Of a DNA stretch of 64,000 nucleotides, positions 39,408 to 48,194 are shown piece by piece. The first letter of the stretch is position 1. Each line of letters starts with the position of its first letter. A program made the position numbers and the translations under genes. Source of the DNA: Candidatus Omnitrophota bacterium (GTDB lineage: Bacteria; Omnitrophota; Gorgyraeia; JAGLLT01); the NCBI GenBank assembly GCA_030632085.1, contig DAOVJY010000001.1, positions 66,125 to 130,124 on the forward strand, read 5' to 3'. The notes below the pieces were generated by a model, which ran no database searches, was not told where the DNA came from, and saw only the letters and a program-made list of their open reading frames with translations.

Positions 39408-40403
39408 TTAGAACTGCTGCCAGTCGCTTAGGAAAACAATAGAGCCAAAACCCGGCGGCGGATCAATTACTATAGAATCATCATAAGTGATGGTCGTATT
39501 AACGCTTTCTTTAAGGTCGAAATTTCCCCCCGCGATAACTGTACCGGTTATATTAAGATTTATAGCGTCTTTTATATCAAAATTGCCTTTCGTATCCGCT
39601 CCGGCATAAGCTATGCCAAAAATAATTACATCTTCCGATTCCTTTAAATCAATATTACCATACGCGACTAGCGCGGGATTTGGTAAAGTGGCAGTAATGG
39701 AAATATTCTTATTTCCTCTCATATTGATGCTTCCTGTTGCTATAATTGAACCCTCAATGGTAACATTACTTTCTATAATAACCTTACCACCAATAAACCA
39801 CACGCCGGAATAATCCGTCCCGGAGCCTTTATCGCTAAACGTATAATTCCCTGTTATATCCTGGCCCTGGCCTGCTATACTTTTGAAGTAAGGAAAATCT
39901 ACAACGGGTAGAGCGGTCCCGCCTTCAACTTGATCTCCCGTTATAATAGGATTAACCGCGTCTTTATCATCAATCTTCCCTCCGACGTAAATAGCATATT
40001 TAAAAGCATCAGGAAGAACGCCCGAACCAATGGTTAGACTCTGTTTAATCGTCATAGTAATCTCATGCGCCGCAGCAGTCGAAGCCAAAGTATAAATATC
40101 GTCATCTTCAGTAACCCGAACAGTATAGACTCCCTCCCCTAAAGGCACATCAGTAAAGTTATCTATCCAATACTGAGTATCCGTGAGACGGTTAGGGTCA
40201 TCAATGGCGGCTTTTAAACCTCTCTCCATACCGGCTTCAGCAAGCCAAAAAACTTGCTTTTTATGATAATCTTCTACGATTAGGCCTTTTTCATGCAGAA
40301 TAATATTTGAATAAAGGCTCATCATAAGTATAGAAATAAACATTACTATTAATATGGCAATTAAAACAAACCCTTTATTGTTCACTGCTTTGGTTTTTTT
40401 CAT
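39408..40403 (-). CDS. PilX-like minor pilin with beta-helix C-terminus
   Basis: KGFVLI (no E5), FWLAEAG.E.G, G.Y.V, repeated G...A.G units. Confidence 0.8.
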   Translation of the reverse strand: MKKTKAVNNKGFVLIAILIVMFISILMMSLYSNIILHEKGLIVEDYHKKQVFWLAEAGMERGLKAAIDDPNRLTDTQYWIDNFTDVPLGEGVYTVRVTEDDDIYTLASTAAAHEITMTIKQSLTIGSGVLPDAFKYAIYVGGKIDDKDAVNPIITGDQVEGGTALPVVDFPYFKSIAGQGQDITGNYTFSDKGSGTDYSGVWFIGGKVIIESNVTIEGSIIATGSINMRGNKNISITATLPNPALVAYGNIDLKESEDVIIFGIAYAGADTKGNFDIKDAINLNITGTVIAGGNFDLKESVNTTITYDDSIVIDPPPGFGSIVFLSDWQQF

Positions 40404-40419
40404 ATAATTACCTAAGCCT

Positions 40420-40998
40420 TTAATTTCTTAAACTAATCTTACCTTTTAGCGTTTGCGTTTCGTAAACCGCGGAGCCTAAAGGCATTTTGATTTGCCCCGT
40501 TATAACAATATCCACCACATCATAAATACCATCAGCCGGCTCACTAATGTCCGAATACATAAATCCTAAAACGGTTATCTCTATTGGAGCGACATTAAGG
40601 TTGTCCCAAGTAAAGCCTCCGCCGGGTTGGCCTACGTTCGCGTCTTTAGTGTATTTCAAAGTTGTGCCATCTAAGCGGAAACGATGTTCTTCACCGTCAT
40701 CAAGAATCCCATCATCATTTTCATCCATTGTATAACGAATTTCCGTCGCGGTACTTTGGGAGCTTATCCCAAAACTCCCGGAGCTTTCAGGATCATATCC
40801 CGCCTTTCTAATATCTTTTACCATTCTGTCCATTGCGACTTTTAAGTTCCCTTGCAGTTGCGCCTTTTTGACCTGCCCGACACTAAATTTTTGTTGACTA
40901 AGATAAAAGTTGAAAGCGCTCAGAATAATAATCGCAGCAAGCACAACTGCAACCATAATTTCAATAACAGTAAAACCTTTAATGTTCTTTGATTTCAT
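40420..40998 (-). CDS. PilW-like minor pilin
   Basis: KGFTVIEIMVA, DIRKAG, C-terminal LRN. Confidence 0.85.
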   Translation of the reverse strand: MKSKNIKGFTVIEIMVAVVLAAIIILSAFNFYLSQQKFSVGQVKKAQLQGNLKVAMDRMVKDIRKAGYDPESSGSFGISSQSTATEIRYTMDENDDGILDDGEEHRFRLDGTTLKYTKDANVGQPGGGFTWDNLNVAPIEITVLGFMYSDISEPADGIYDVVDIVITGQIKMPLGSAVYETQTLKGKISLRN

Positions 40999-41005
40999 AA
41001 CATAT

Positions 41006-41359
41006 TTACTTATCAGCTTTAATAGTGGTTAATGTAACTGAATTCATTGAAGAAGTTGAAGGATATGTTACGGTTACGGTAACTTCAGAAGAAAGCATAG
41101 ACCACGTTCGCACATATACACCTTCCGTGTCAGTTCCGTCCGGCACGATGCCGTAAGGCTTGGCTTTGTATTCTTCCAGTTTATTCTGCGCCAACAAAGA
41201 AGCAACCGACATATGATGAGATTGAGCTCTAATCTGGCCCATAGCGATATAGCCATAAACAGAAACTAAAGCTAAAATAGCAATTACAACCACTGACATA
41301 ATAATTTCCAAGAGGGTAAATGCCCTCCGGAGCCTTAAACGCTCACCCACGAAAAACAT
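41006..41359 (-). CDS. PilV-like minor pilin
   Basis: AFTLLEI, A..LAQ.KLEE, Y.R.W, VTVTVTY. Confidence 0.8.
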   Translation of the reverse strand: MFFVGERLRLRRAFTLLEIIMSVVVIAILALVSVYGYIAMGQIRAQSHHMSVASLLAQNKLEEYKAKPYGIVPDGTDTEGVYVRTWSMLSSEVTVTVTYPSTSSMNSVTLTTIKADK

Positions 41360-41395
41360 CTTTCTTTTTTGTACATTTTACTTCACCTCGATGTA

Positions 41396-41424
41396 AGATT
41401 ACCATATAAAAGTCATTTTGTCAA
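41396..41424 (-). promoter_or_regulatory. Promoter of the pilVWX-like trio
   Basis: TTGACA-N17-TAATCT with extended TG. Confidence 0.65.
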
Positions 41425-41552
41425 AATGAAGACTAAGAAAAAACGGTAAAAAAAAATTCATTATAAACTTTCTAAAATCATCTTTTCAAGAGGTATTATT
41501 TCTATTATATTTAATTAAAAGCTGTAGATTAGCCAAAAAAGAGGTGTTAATT

Positions 41553-41572
41553 AAAGGTGTCTGTCCCCTTTT
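41553..41572. repeat. RAYT-associated REP-like element, inverted copy
   Basis: aaaggtgtctgtcccctttt. Confidence 0.9.
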
Positions 41573-41580
41573 AATTCCTT

Positions 41581-42801
41581 TTAATTAGGTTGATTGACCG
41601 TTCTATTTTTAATGTTCTCGCCTTCTACATAAATTTGGCTAAAAAGCTCATATCCATAGTTGGCTTTATTTCCGGCCACATCTTCAATTACAATGATAAA
41701 CAGGTTTTTACCCGTATTAAGATTAATATTAGTTAAGTTAAAAACACCTTCACTTGAAACGGTTACCGGCTGATTATTTATTATTAAACTCTTAAGAGTA
41801 TAATTATCACTTATAACCCCGCTGATGTTAACCGCAGTAGAATCAAGCACACTATGATTTTCAGGAGTAATCTGTAAAAGCACAGGCATTTTAACATCTT
41901 TAGTAATAGTTATTTTTTTATCCGGGCTTTTGTTACCGGCTGCATCTTTTAAACATAAATTAAAAATATTCTTACCCGTATTTAAACTTACAACGCAGAA
42001 CCAGGTTGCCTTATTGTTTACCTCTAGTTTTTTTACTTTATTAATATATAAACAAGTTTGAGGTTCTTTTGTACCGGTTAGCTTATAGCTGTTTTTATTT
42101 GTTATGAAAGTATTAGCTTCCACATGGGGAGCCGAAGGCGCTACAACATCATCCAAATACACTCTATAAATTCTATCTTCTTGCGGGGAAAAAGTCTTCT
42201 CGTAAGACACATAATCCTCTTTATCAGCTGCCAGTATGTATTTAGATTTTTGTTTAAAGATATTAAAACCTTTATCGCCGACCAGGCATAATCGGAACTC
42301 ACCTCTTTGATTACTATCGGCAAAGCTGACAATTTCATTTGACTTCTTAGGCCTTAAGGTAACGCTGGCCCCTTCAATGGGCAGACGAGTACCCTTATAA
42401 TAAACCACACCTTTTAAAACCAAACAGTCTTTATTGATATTTAGAGAGTAATTTTTATTGTAGGTCTTTTGTTGGATGAGACGAAAAGAATCAGCTACCG
42501 CGGGATAACCTTCTTTTGAGATAAATATTTTATACGGTGTGCCGGGAAAGGCCTTCCATTCAGAGGGAACCTTGAGATTATAATTACCCCGGGTATCAGT
42601 TAAAGCCGAATAACTGCCCAAGAGCTCATTAAAGGCAAAGATCTTAACTCCCGATAAAGGCTCACTTTCGCCATCAGTAACCTTGCCCTCTATTTGGGCA
42701 TAATATTCCTCAGGCAACTTATCAATCGCATAGGACGCCGTCATACCTAAGTGCAATATTATCAGGGTTAATAAAGTTATTTTAATTAACTGTGGCTTCA
42801 T
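41581..42801 (-). CDS. Secreted protein with two carboxypeptidase-regulatory-like and two Ig-like domains
   Basis: I.GKVTD...PL.GV, TD..G.Y; D..AP.AP, L..G.N......D.AGN twice. Confidence 0.75.
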   Translation of the reverse strand: MKPQLIKITLLTLIILHLGMTASYAIDKLPEEYYAQIEGKVTDGESEPLSGVKIFAFNELLGSYSALTDTRGNYNLKVPSEWKAFPGTPYKIFISKEGYPAVADSFRLIQQKTYNKNYSLNINKDCLVLKGVVYYKGTRLPIEGASVTLRPKKSNEIVSFADSNQRGEFRLCLVGDKGFNIFKQKSKYILAADKEDYVSYEKTFSPQEDRIYRVYLDDVVAPSAPHVEANTFITNKNSYKLTGTKEPQTCLYINKVKKLEVNNKATWFCVVSLNTGKNIFNLCLKDAAGNKSPDKKITITKDVKMPVLLQITPENHSVLDSTAVNISGVISDNYTLKSLIINNQPVTVSSEGVFNLTNINLNTGKNLFIIVIEDVAGNKANYGYELFSQIYVEGENIKNRTVNQPN

Positions 42802-42884
42802 AATGTTAAATAATGTATGGCAGTTGATTACATACAGAAATTAAACACTTATACATAATATCATATATAGCAAACGTTTGCAAC

Positions 42885-42926
42885 AAAAAAGAAAAAACAA
42901 AACCCCCGTGGGGCTATCACGGGGGT
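42885..42926 (-). terminator. Intrinsic terminator
   Basis: acccccgtg/cacgggggt stem; T-rich tail on the minus strand. Confidence 0.75.
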
Positions 42927-42953
42927 ACGAGGCTTACTAACGTATGTACTCAC

Positions 42954-43367
42954 TTAGTAAGGTTCTCGTGGTTTAATGGCTCTCTTTACAAAATCACCGA
43001 TAGCTTCTTTATCTTTATCGGCTATCTTGGTGAACATAATTCCTACACGGTACCTTCTTTCCTCAAAGGGGATGCAGTCTTTAACCTCCCCCACCATTTC
43101 CATCTCTTTAAAACGGTTACCATCACTATCCGCAAAATGATTTATTAAAGTAAACTTCATAAATAAAATGCTCTTAATCGGCAGATTATACTTAGTCTCA
43201 ATGGCCATGCCGTCCTGGCTTAAATCAATCATTAAAGCATAAAGGCTTTTACCGCCAACAACCATTACTACCCGGGGTGAATTATATATTTCACAACTGA
43301 CGGTAAACCTTACTTTAATCCTCTTGTGTTGTCGTCTTTCCGGAATATTTGCCATCTTTTTTCTCAA
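42954..43367 (-). CDS. PilZ domain protein
   Basis: ERRQHKR, DLSQDG, G.V....Y.VGI.F. Confidence 0.85.
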   Translation of the reverse strand: MRKKMANIPERRQHKRIKVRFTVSCEIYNSPRVVMVVGGKSLYALMIDLSQDGMAIETKYNLPIKSILFMKFTLINHFADSDGNRFKEMEMVGEVKDCIPFEERRYRVGIMFTKIADKDKEAIGDFVKRAIKPREPY

Positions 43368-43740
43368 CGGAATACATATTTATAACCTCTTGGATACCCC
43401 TGAAATTTTCTTCATCCATCCCGGTAAAATTAGCCGCGACTCCATACATAGCCATTTTTATTTTACCGCGATCACCAAGTGAGTCTATGCGGCATACCCT
43501 GGCTGTACAATGTGCCCAAGTGCCCCTATGAGGCAAAACTATGCTGAATTCCAACTTAACTCCTATATCAATTTTCTCAACATAATGAAAATAAAGTCCG
43601 CCCTCACCTAAGTTTTTGATAACAATCATATCCCAACCACGAGCTTTATCAGTATAATCATCACTACAAACGCGAAATCTGGCTGTTATGGACTTCATTG
43701 CCCTTTTATGTTTTCTGCCATTATCAAACCACGCAAACAT
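43315..43740 (-). CDS. PilZ domain protein
   Basis: RKHKR, NLGEGG, ARVCR. Confidence 0.8.
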   Translation of the reverse strand: MFAWFDNGRKHKRAMKSITARFRVCSDDYTDKARGWDMIVIKNLGEGGLYFHYVEKIDIGVKLEFSIVLPHRGTWAHCTARVCRIDSLGDRGKIKMAMYGVAANFTGMDEENFRGIQEVINMYSVEKKDGKYSGKTTTQED

Positions 43741-43902
43741 CAGGACTGTACCTCCCCATAGGCCTACTCCAATTTAAGACCCATTTACGCATACTACACA
43801 ATATATGTGTGTAATTATAAGATAAAGTTAACTTACTGTCAAGAAAAAAAGATTGCTATATCTTTTATTATGTGGTAATAGGTAACCTGAGGAGAGACTA
43901 AA

Positions 43903-44238
43903 ATGCTAAAAAGAAATCAGGTTTTATTAAATGACTGGTTAGTAGATATTATTAAAAATATGTCCAAAAAGTATGATTTAAGCTTTTCCGAGGTTATAAG
44001 GGTCTTTCTTTGTTTACAGATAGGCAAAATGAGTTCCTATGCTTACCCGGACCTTGATTTCAAATATGTTATAAATAAAACTAAAAGAATAATTAAAAAA
44101 AAGAATTCAAAAGAACCTTTATCTACGGAAGAACTGCGCACAGCCATATCAGAATTATATTTTGAAACCAGAAAAGCGGCTGAAATGTGGCACGAAAAAG
44201 AGAAGGAAGCTAAAAAAGAGAAAAAGAAATCTAAATAA
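43903..44238 (+). CDS. Putative RHH-like DNA-binding protein
   Basis: KR.QV.L....D.......YD.SFSEVIR; GAGGAG SD. Confidence 0.6.
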   Translation: MLKRNQVLLNDWLVDIIKNMSKKYDLSFSEVIRVFLCLQIGKMSSYAYPDLDFKYVINKTKRIIKKKNSKEPLSTEELRTAISELYFETRKAAEMWHEKEKEAKKEKKKSK

Positions 44239-44240
44239 TG

Positions 44241-44840
44241 TTACTTTTTAGCCTTTACAAATAAAAGCGGGAATATAATATCGCTTAAGCAGCACGGAAG
44301 CCAAACCGCCACAAATAAGAAGATGAAGATTGCCAGATAGAAGTACCACGCCATAAAACCCCCTTTAGCCATTAAGATATGAAATAAAGAAGCCCAGGTA
44401 CTTAAAAGTACATGCCCCGCATGCGGAAATTTTGTAGTCGGCCTAAAATAAGCTATCACTACCCCTAATAGAGCCAACGGATTAACTAAATACCATTTTT
44501 CTATAAAACCCAGGTGGATACGCCTATCCGGCATATCAAGCATAGTCTCACCCAGATAAGGGATGATGGAGTCACTTAATGTGGCTATACCGATAGAACC
44601 CACATAACCTATCGCTATTAGCATCCAAATCCTTACCCTCCCTGTCCAGTTTAATTTAAACATAGACGCCGTTACCAAAGCGCTTAAGAAAACATGCAGG
44701 GGATGCAAAGTATAAAAAATATTGTAGGCGGTTTTACCTGACAACTTTTGAGATAAAAATAAAACCAATACACCGGTTAAGGCCCCGAATAAAGTAAACG
44801 GCGCGTGTGCTTTCAATTCTTTTAAAATCTTATTTGGCAT
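44241..44840 (-). CDS. His-containing multi-TM membrane protein
   Basis: H.PFT, HPLHV, H.GHV, PCC.SDI. Confidence 0.7.
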   Translation of the reverse strand: MPNKILKELKAHAPFTLFGALTGVLVLFLSQKLSGKTAYNIFYTLHPLHVFLSALVTASMFKLNWTGRVRIWMLIAIGYVGSIGIATLSDSIIPYLGETMLDMPDRRIHLGFIEKWYLVNPLALLGVVIAYFRPTTKFPHAGHVLLSTWASLFHILMAKGGFMAWYFYLAIFIFLFVAVWLPCCLSDIIFPLLFVKAKK

Positions 44841-44879
44841 ATGTTCTATACACTTTTCCCATTATATACATATAGAAAA

Positions 44880-44930
44880 CCCGAACCCACTATGAAGTTC
44901 GGGGCCAACAAAATATAAAATTTCGTTGGG
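44880..44930. repeat. Double-hairpin element
   Basis: cccgaac...gttcggg directly followed by ccaac...gttgg. Confidence 0.55.
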
Positions 44931-44960
44931 ATAATAGCTTAACATTACAACACAGTAAAT

Positions 44961-44982
44961 GTACCACCTCCGAGGTAGTATA
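44961..44982. repeat. CCACC-N5-GGTGG-family repeat, left flank of the TA-like pair
   Basis: gtaccacctccgaggtagtata; 18/22 identical to 45970-45991. Confidence 0.7.
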
Positions 44983-44992
44983 GAGGTGTAAA

Positions 44993-45361
44993 TTACCCTT
45001 TTTTATATTGCAGAATAAGCCTTTTGCCTATAGTCTGATACGCTTTATTATGATCCCCGATAAAAAACAGCACTGCATCATTCATTGTATGGTCTGATTT
45101 CCTGCAAAATTTACATTTTTTCTTCAATATTTCCGCCTTACAATCTTTGCACAAAATAAACAAGCATCTTAAATCTGTTTTCCCCCTAGGAAAACTTTTA
45201 AAAGGAGTAAACTCATATTTCAATTGTTCTCCTGCTGCATCTCCGCAGTTACTTTTTAAATAACGACACAATTTATCTACTTCATACTTTTGTTTTTTGT
45301 TATTCGGATTATAAGACTTCTCAAATTCTGAATGATAATGAACAGCAGGGCAAAAGGCCAT
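44993..45361 (-). CDS. RelE/ParE-like toxin with CxxC-x8-CxxC insertion
   Basis: Y.SEFEKS, GE.LK, DLR.LF, FIG.H...Y pattern; CKDC/CKFC insert. Confidence 0.55.
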   Translation of the reverse strand: MAFCPAVHYHSEFEKSYNPNNKKQKYEVDKLCRYLKSNCGDAAGEQLKYEFTPFKSFPRGKTDLRCLFILCKDCKAEILKKKCKFCRKSDHTMNDAVLFFIGDHNKAYQTIGKRLILQYKKG

Positions 45362-45366
45362 TATTT

Positions 45367-45768
45367 TTAAAGTTTCTTCTTGTAACGCAAAGACTTCTCG
45401 CTATCAAGCTCTATATTATACTTGGCCTCCATAATAGAACAATATTTACTATAATGTTTAAGTAAAATCCCGAAAGGTTTTACATTGTTTACAAGAAGAA
45501 CATAGAGGTCAGGGTTGGTATCGTTCTCAAGAAATGCCAAAAAATTATATGTCTCTTTGTAGCATCGCATATCATACTTTTCTTTTTGAGCTTTATCTTT
45601 TTTTATCTTCGCAATATTCATCTGCAGCTCATTGAAAACATTATAACATTCTCGAGAAGCCTTACCTATTTCATCAAGAAATAATTCTCTGCTCCACTTT
45701 TTAACAGAATTTTCAAGAGTCTTAATATCTGTTTTGTATTCTTTAGCCTTTTTTTCAACGCAAATCAT
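45367..45768 (-). CDS. Hypothetical helical protein, candidate antitoxin
   Basis: 5 nt upstream of the toxin-like gene; own SD; AT-rich. Confidence 0.5.
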   Translation of the reverse strand: MICVEKKAKEYKTDIKTLENSVKKWSRELFLDEIGKASRECYNVFNELQMNIAKIKKDKAQKEKYDMRCYKETYNFLAFLENDTNPDLYVLLVNNVKPFGILLKHYSKYCSIMEAKYNIELDSEKSLRYKKKL

Positions 45769-45969
45769 AAAATAACCCCTTTTTATTACATAACATATTA
45801 TTTACAACATCTATTATACAATTAATATTATGCCACAATTTACCTTAATTTTTCAAGTTATTTCTATTAAATCGCTTTATTATCATTTGTATTATAATTT
45901 TATCATACAAAATATTAAATTCAATGACCTCACATTAATTTCATAACGTTCTATTATTAAATATAGCAC

Positions 45970-45991
45970 GTACCGCCTACGAGATGGTATA
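45970..45991. repeat. CCACC-N5-GGTGG-family repeat, right flank
   Basis: gtaccgcctacgagatggtata. Confidence 0.65.
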
Positions 45992-46025
45992 AGTTTGATT
46001 AAAAATTCATATTTATAGCAGAAAT

Positions 46026-46046
46026 AAAAGGTGTCTGTCCCCTTTT
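46026..46046. repeat. RAYT-associated REP-like element, inverted copy overlapping the ychF stop
   Basis: aaaaggtgtctgtcccctttt. Confidence 0.9.
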
Positions 46047-47118
46047 AGACATTGAATCTGATGGTTAGGATATCTCCGCCTTCGACTATATAATCTTTGC
46101 CCTTTAAGTACATCTTGCCGGCATCCTTAACCGCTTTCTCACTGCCTAAGGCATCAATATCAGCGAATTTAATCAGCTCCGCCCTGATAAAACCCCGCTG
46201 CATATCGGAATGAATTCCACCGGCGGCCTCAGGCGCGCTTGAACCTTTTTTAGTTGTCCAGTGCCTGACCTCATTGGGCCCCGCCGTAAAAAAGGATATT
46301 AAGTTAAGGGCTTCTATACAAAGCGAGGTTAATATATTTATGGCCGGTTCGGTTATACCGGCATCGGCTAAAAATTCTTTTCTCTCGGCCTCATCATCCA
46401 GAGAGGCTATCTCCGCCTCCGTCTCGGCACTGACTTGCATAAAATACGCGTCTATATTTTTATAATCCTGAGATAATTTTTTTAATAAAGTACCATCCTT
46501 TAAAGCGTCCTCGGAAACATTTAGGGCGATAATTATTTTCTTTAATGTTATAAAAGGATAGCTGGCGATTATCTTGCTTTGAATTTCAGTTAAGTCCAAC
46601 AGCCTCAAAGGCAGTTCTTTATCCAGCTGTTCTTTAAGCTTCAATAAAACCTCTTTTTCTTTAAGAAGGTTTTCTTCTTTTTTACCTTTCAGGCTTTTAT
46701 TAATTCTCTCTAAGCGTTTTTCTATAAAGAGTAAATCATTTAAGATGAGTTCTGAAAAAACCAGGTCAATATCTCTTTTGGCATCAACGCCCCCTTTTAT
46801 ATGATAAACAGCGTCATTTTCAAAAGCTCTAATAACCAGTAAAATAGCATCCAACTCAATCACATCTTTAAATATTTGAGTATTAGCCTGGGCATCTTCT
46901 GAAATTTTAGGAAGTAGTTCAATCTCAAGCCTGGCCCGGACCTTGCTTTGAGCCTTGTATACTTCTTCTAATCTGTCCAGGCGGGCATCACTAATCTGAG
47001 CCATGCTTTTGATGGGTTTATTAACCGCTAAATCATGCTCACTGGGAGCATGGCCGCTTAATACTTTAAAGAGTGTTTTCTTGCCTGACTGCGGAAGCCC
47101 AATAATACCAATTTTCAT
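46045..47118 (-). CDS. ychF: YchF-family ATPase (divergent paralogue type)
   Basis: GLPQSGKKT, D.R, FFTAG..EVR.W, AG.IHSD..RGFIRAE, GKDY.V..GD, RFNV. Confidence 0.85.
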   Translation of the reverse strand: MKIGIIGLPQSGKKTLFKVLSGHAPSEHDLAVNKPIKSMAQISDARLDRLEEVYKAQSKVRARLEIELLPKISEDAQANTQIFKDVIELDAILLVIRAFENDAVYHIKGGVDAKRDIDLVFSELILNDLLFIEKRLERINKSLKGKKEENLLKEKEVLLKLKEQLDKELPLRLLDLTEIQSKIIASYPFITLKKIIIALNVSEDALKDGTLLKKLSQDYKNIDAYFMQVSAETEAEIASLDDEAERKEFLADAGITEPAINILTSLCIEALNLISFFTAGPNEVRHWTTKKGSSAPEAAGGIHSDMQRGFIRAELIKFADIDALGSEKAVKDAGKMYLKGKDYIVEGGDILTIRFNV

Positions 47119-47945
47119 TTTTTCTCTTCTACCTTTTTAGTCTTTTTTTTACCGCCTAAAGGTATTACTTTTCCTATAGTATCTTTAGTTTTAGTAACGG
47201 TGCCCGTGGCCGTGCCAACAGCTTTCTTGCCGGTATCAAGAGCCATACCCGCCGTCGAGCCGACTATCTTAGTGGCGCCCTTTAACGTATCAGTCGCGGT
47301 TGAAGCTAAGAGGTTAACATCAAAGTTTGTCAGGTTGGCAATAGCTGTATGCATTATGGCTTTGACGATAATTACGTTAGCCACTTTTTTAGGATCGTTA
47401 ATATTAGTGAATTTTTCATTTATCTTAATGGGAAAAACCATTACCTTGGGCTTTTTTCCGGCGGTATAATCTTTATAGATGACTTTATCTATTTTTAATT
47501 TCATAACATCTATCTGAAAACTACCATCGGCCTCGGGCTTCTTTTTTTGGCTAACTTCCTTTTTAGTATCTTTGACAACATTTAGTGAATTAAGGTTGAG
47601 TTTCCCATCTTTATTTTTTACGACCACAAACTCTTTTAAATGAATTCGTAATTCATAGATGTGTATGTTCTTTTTTATCATTTCTCCTAAATTATAATCT
47701 ACATATAATTCAGGCATGTCTATCATAACTTTATCGGGAAAGTCCGGCGGGTTATAGAGCTCTAAACCTTCGAGGCCAATCTTAGTCGATAAAATACCTA
47801 CTTCAGTCTTGGCGATACGCATTCTTAAACCCGTAAGAGTTTTAACGCCGCCTTTGAGAATATGTTCGACCACCAGATTTTTTCCGATAATCCCCGCCAC
47901 AACAAGTACCAGCAGGATTATCAGAATTAAATATGATTTTTTCAT
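47115..47945 (-). CDS. AsmA-like protein
   Basis: N-terminal TM, NPP.F, DG..N; amphipathic tail. Confidence 0.65.
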   Translation of the reverse strand: MKKSYLILIILLVLVVAGIIGKNLVVEHILKGGVKTLTGLRMRIAKTEVGILSTKIGLEGLELYNPPDFPDKVMIDMPELYVDYNLGEMIKKNIHIYELRIHLKEFVVVKNKDGKLNLNSLNVVKDTKKEVSQKKKPEADGSFQIDVMKLKIDKVIYKDYTAGKKPKVMVFPIKINEKFTNINDPKKVANVIIVKAIMHTAIANLTNFDVNLLASTATDTLKGATKIVGSTAGMALDTGKKAVGTATGTVTKTKDTIGKVIPLGGKKKTKKVEEKK

Positions 47946-47946
47946 A

Positions 47947-48140
47947 TTAACTCCCCTTGTCTTCTGTCTCTTCAGTTTGATGAAAAACCTCTATTTCCCA
48001 AAGAGAATAACCCCATTCAGTGGTCCTTTTCTTTAGGTTGAGCTTTATGTATCTCACCGATTTATCAATATCGCGGATTTCTTCACTTCCTCCGAGGCAG
48101 TTACTATTAGAATATATTTGCCGCCAGCCGGACAATTCAT
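47947..48140 (-). pseudogene. Remnant of an F5/8 type C (discoidin) domain gene
   Basis: W..IY......GG...RYIKL...R.T.WGYSLWEIEVF; the SD-linked ATG at 48140 is out of frame. Confidence 0.75.
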
Positions 48141-48194
48141 AATATTCCTCCTCGCATAATGTGTTTATTAGACATGTTAAATAATTAATAATCG

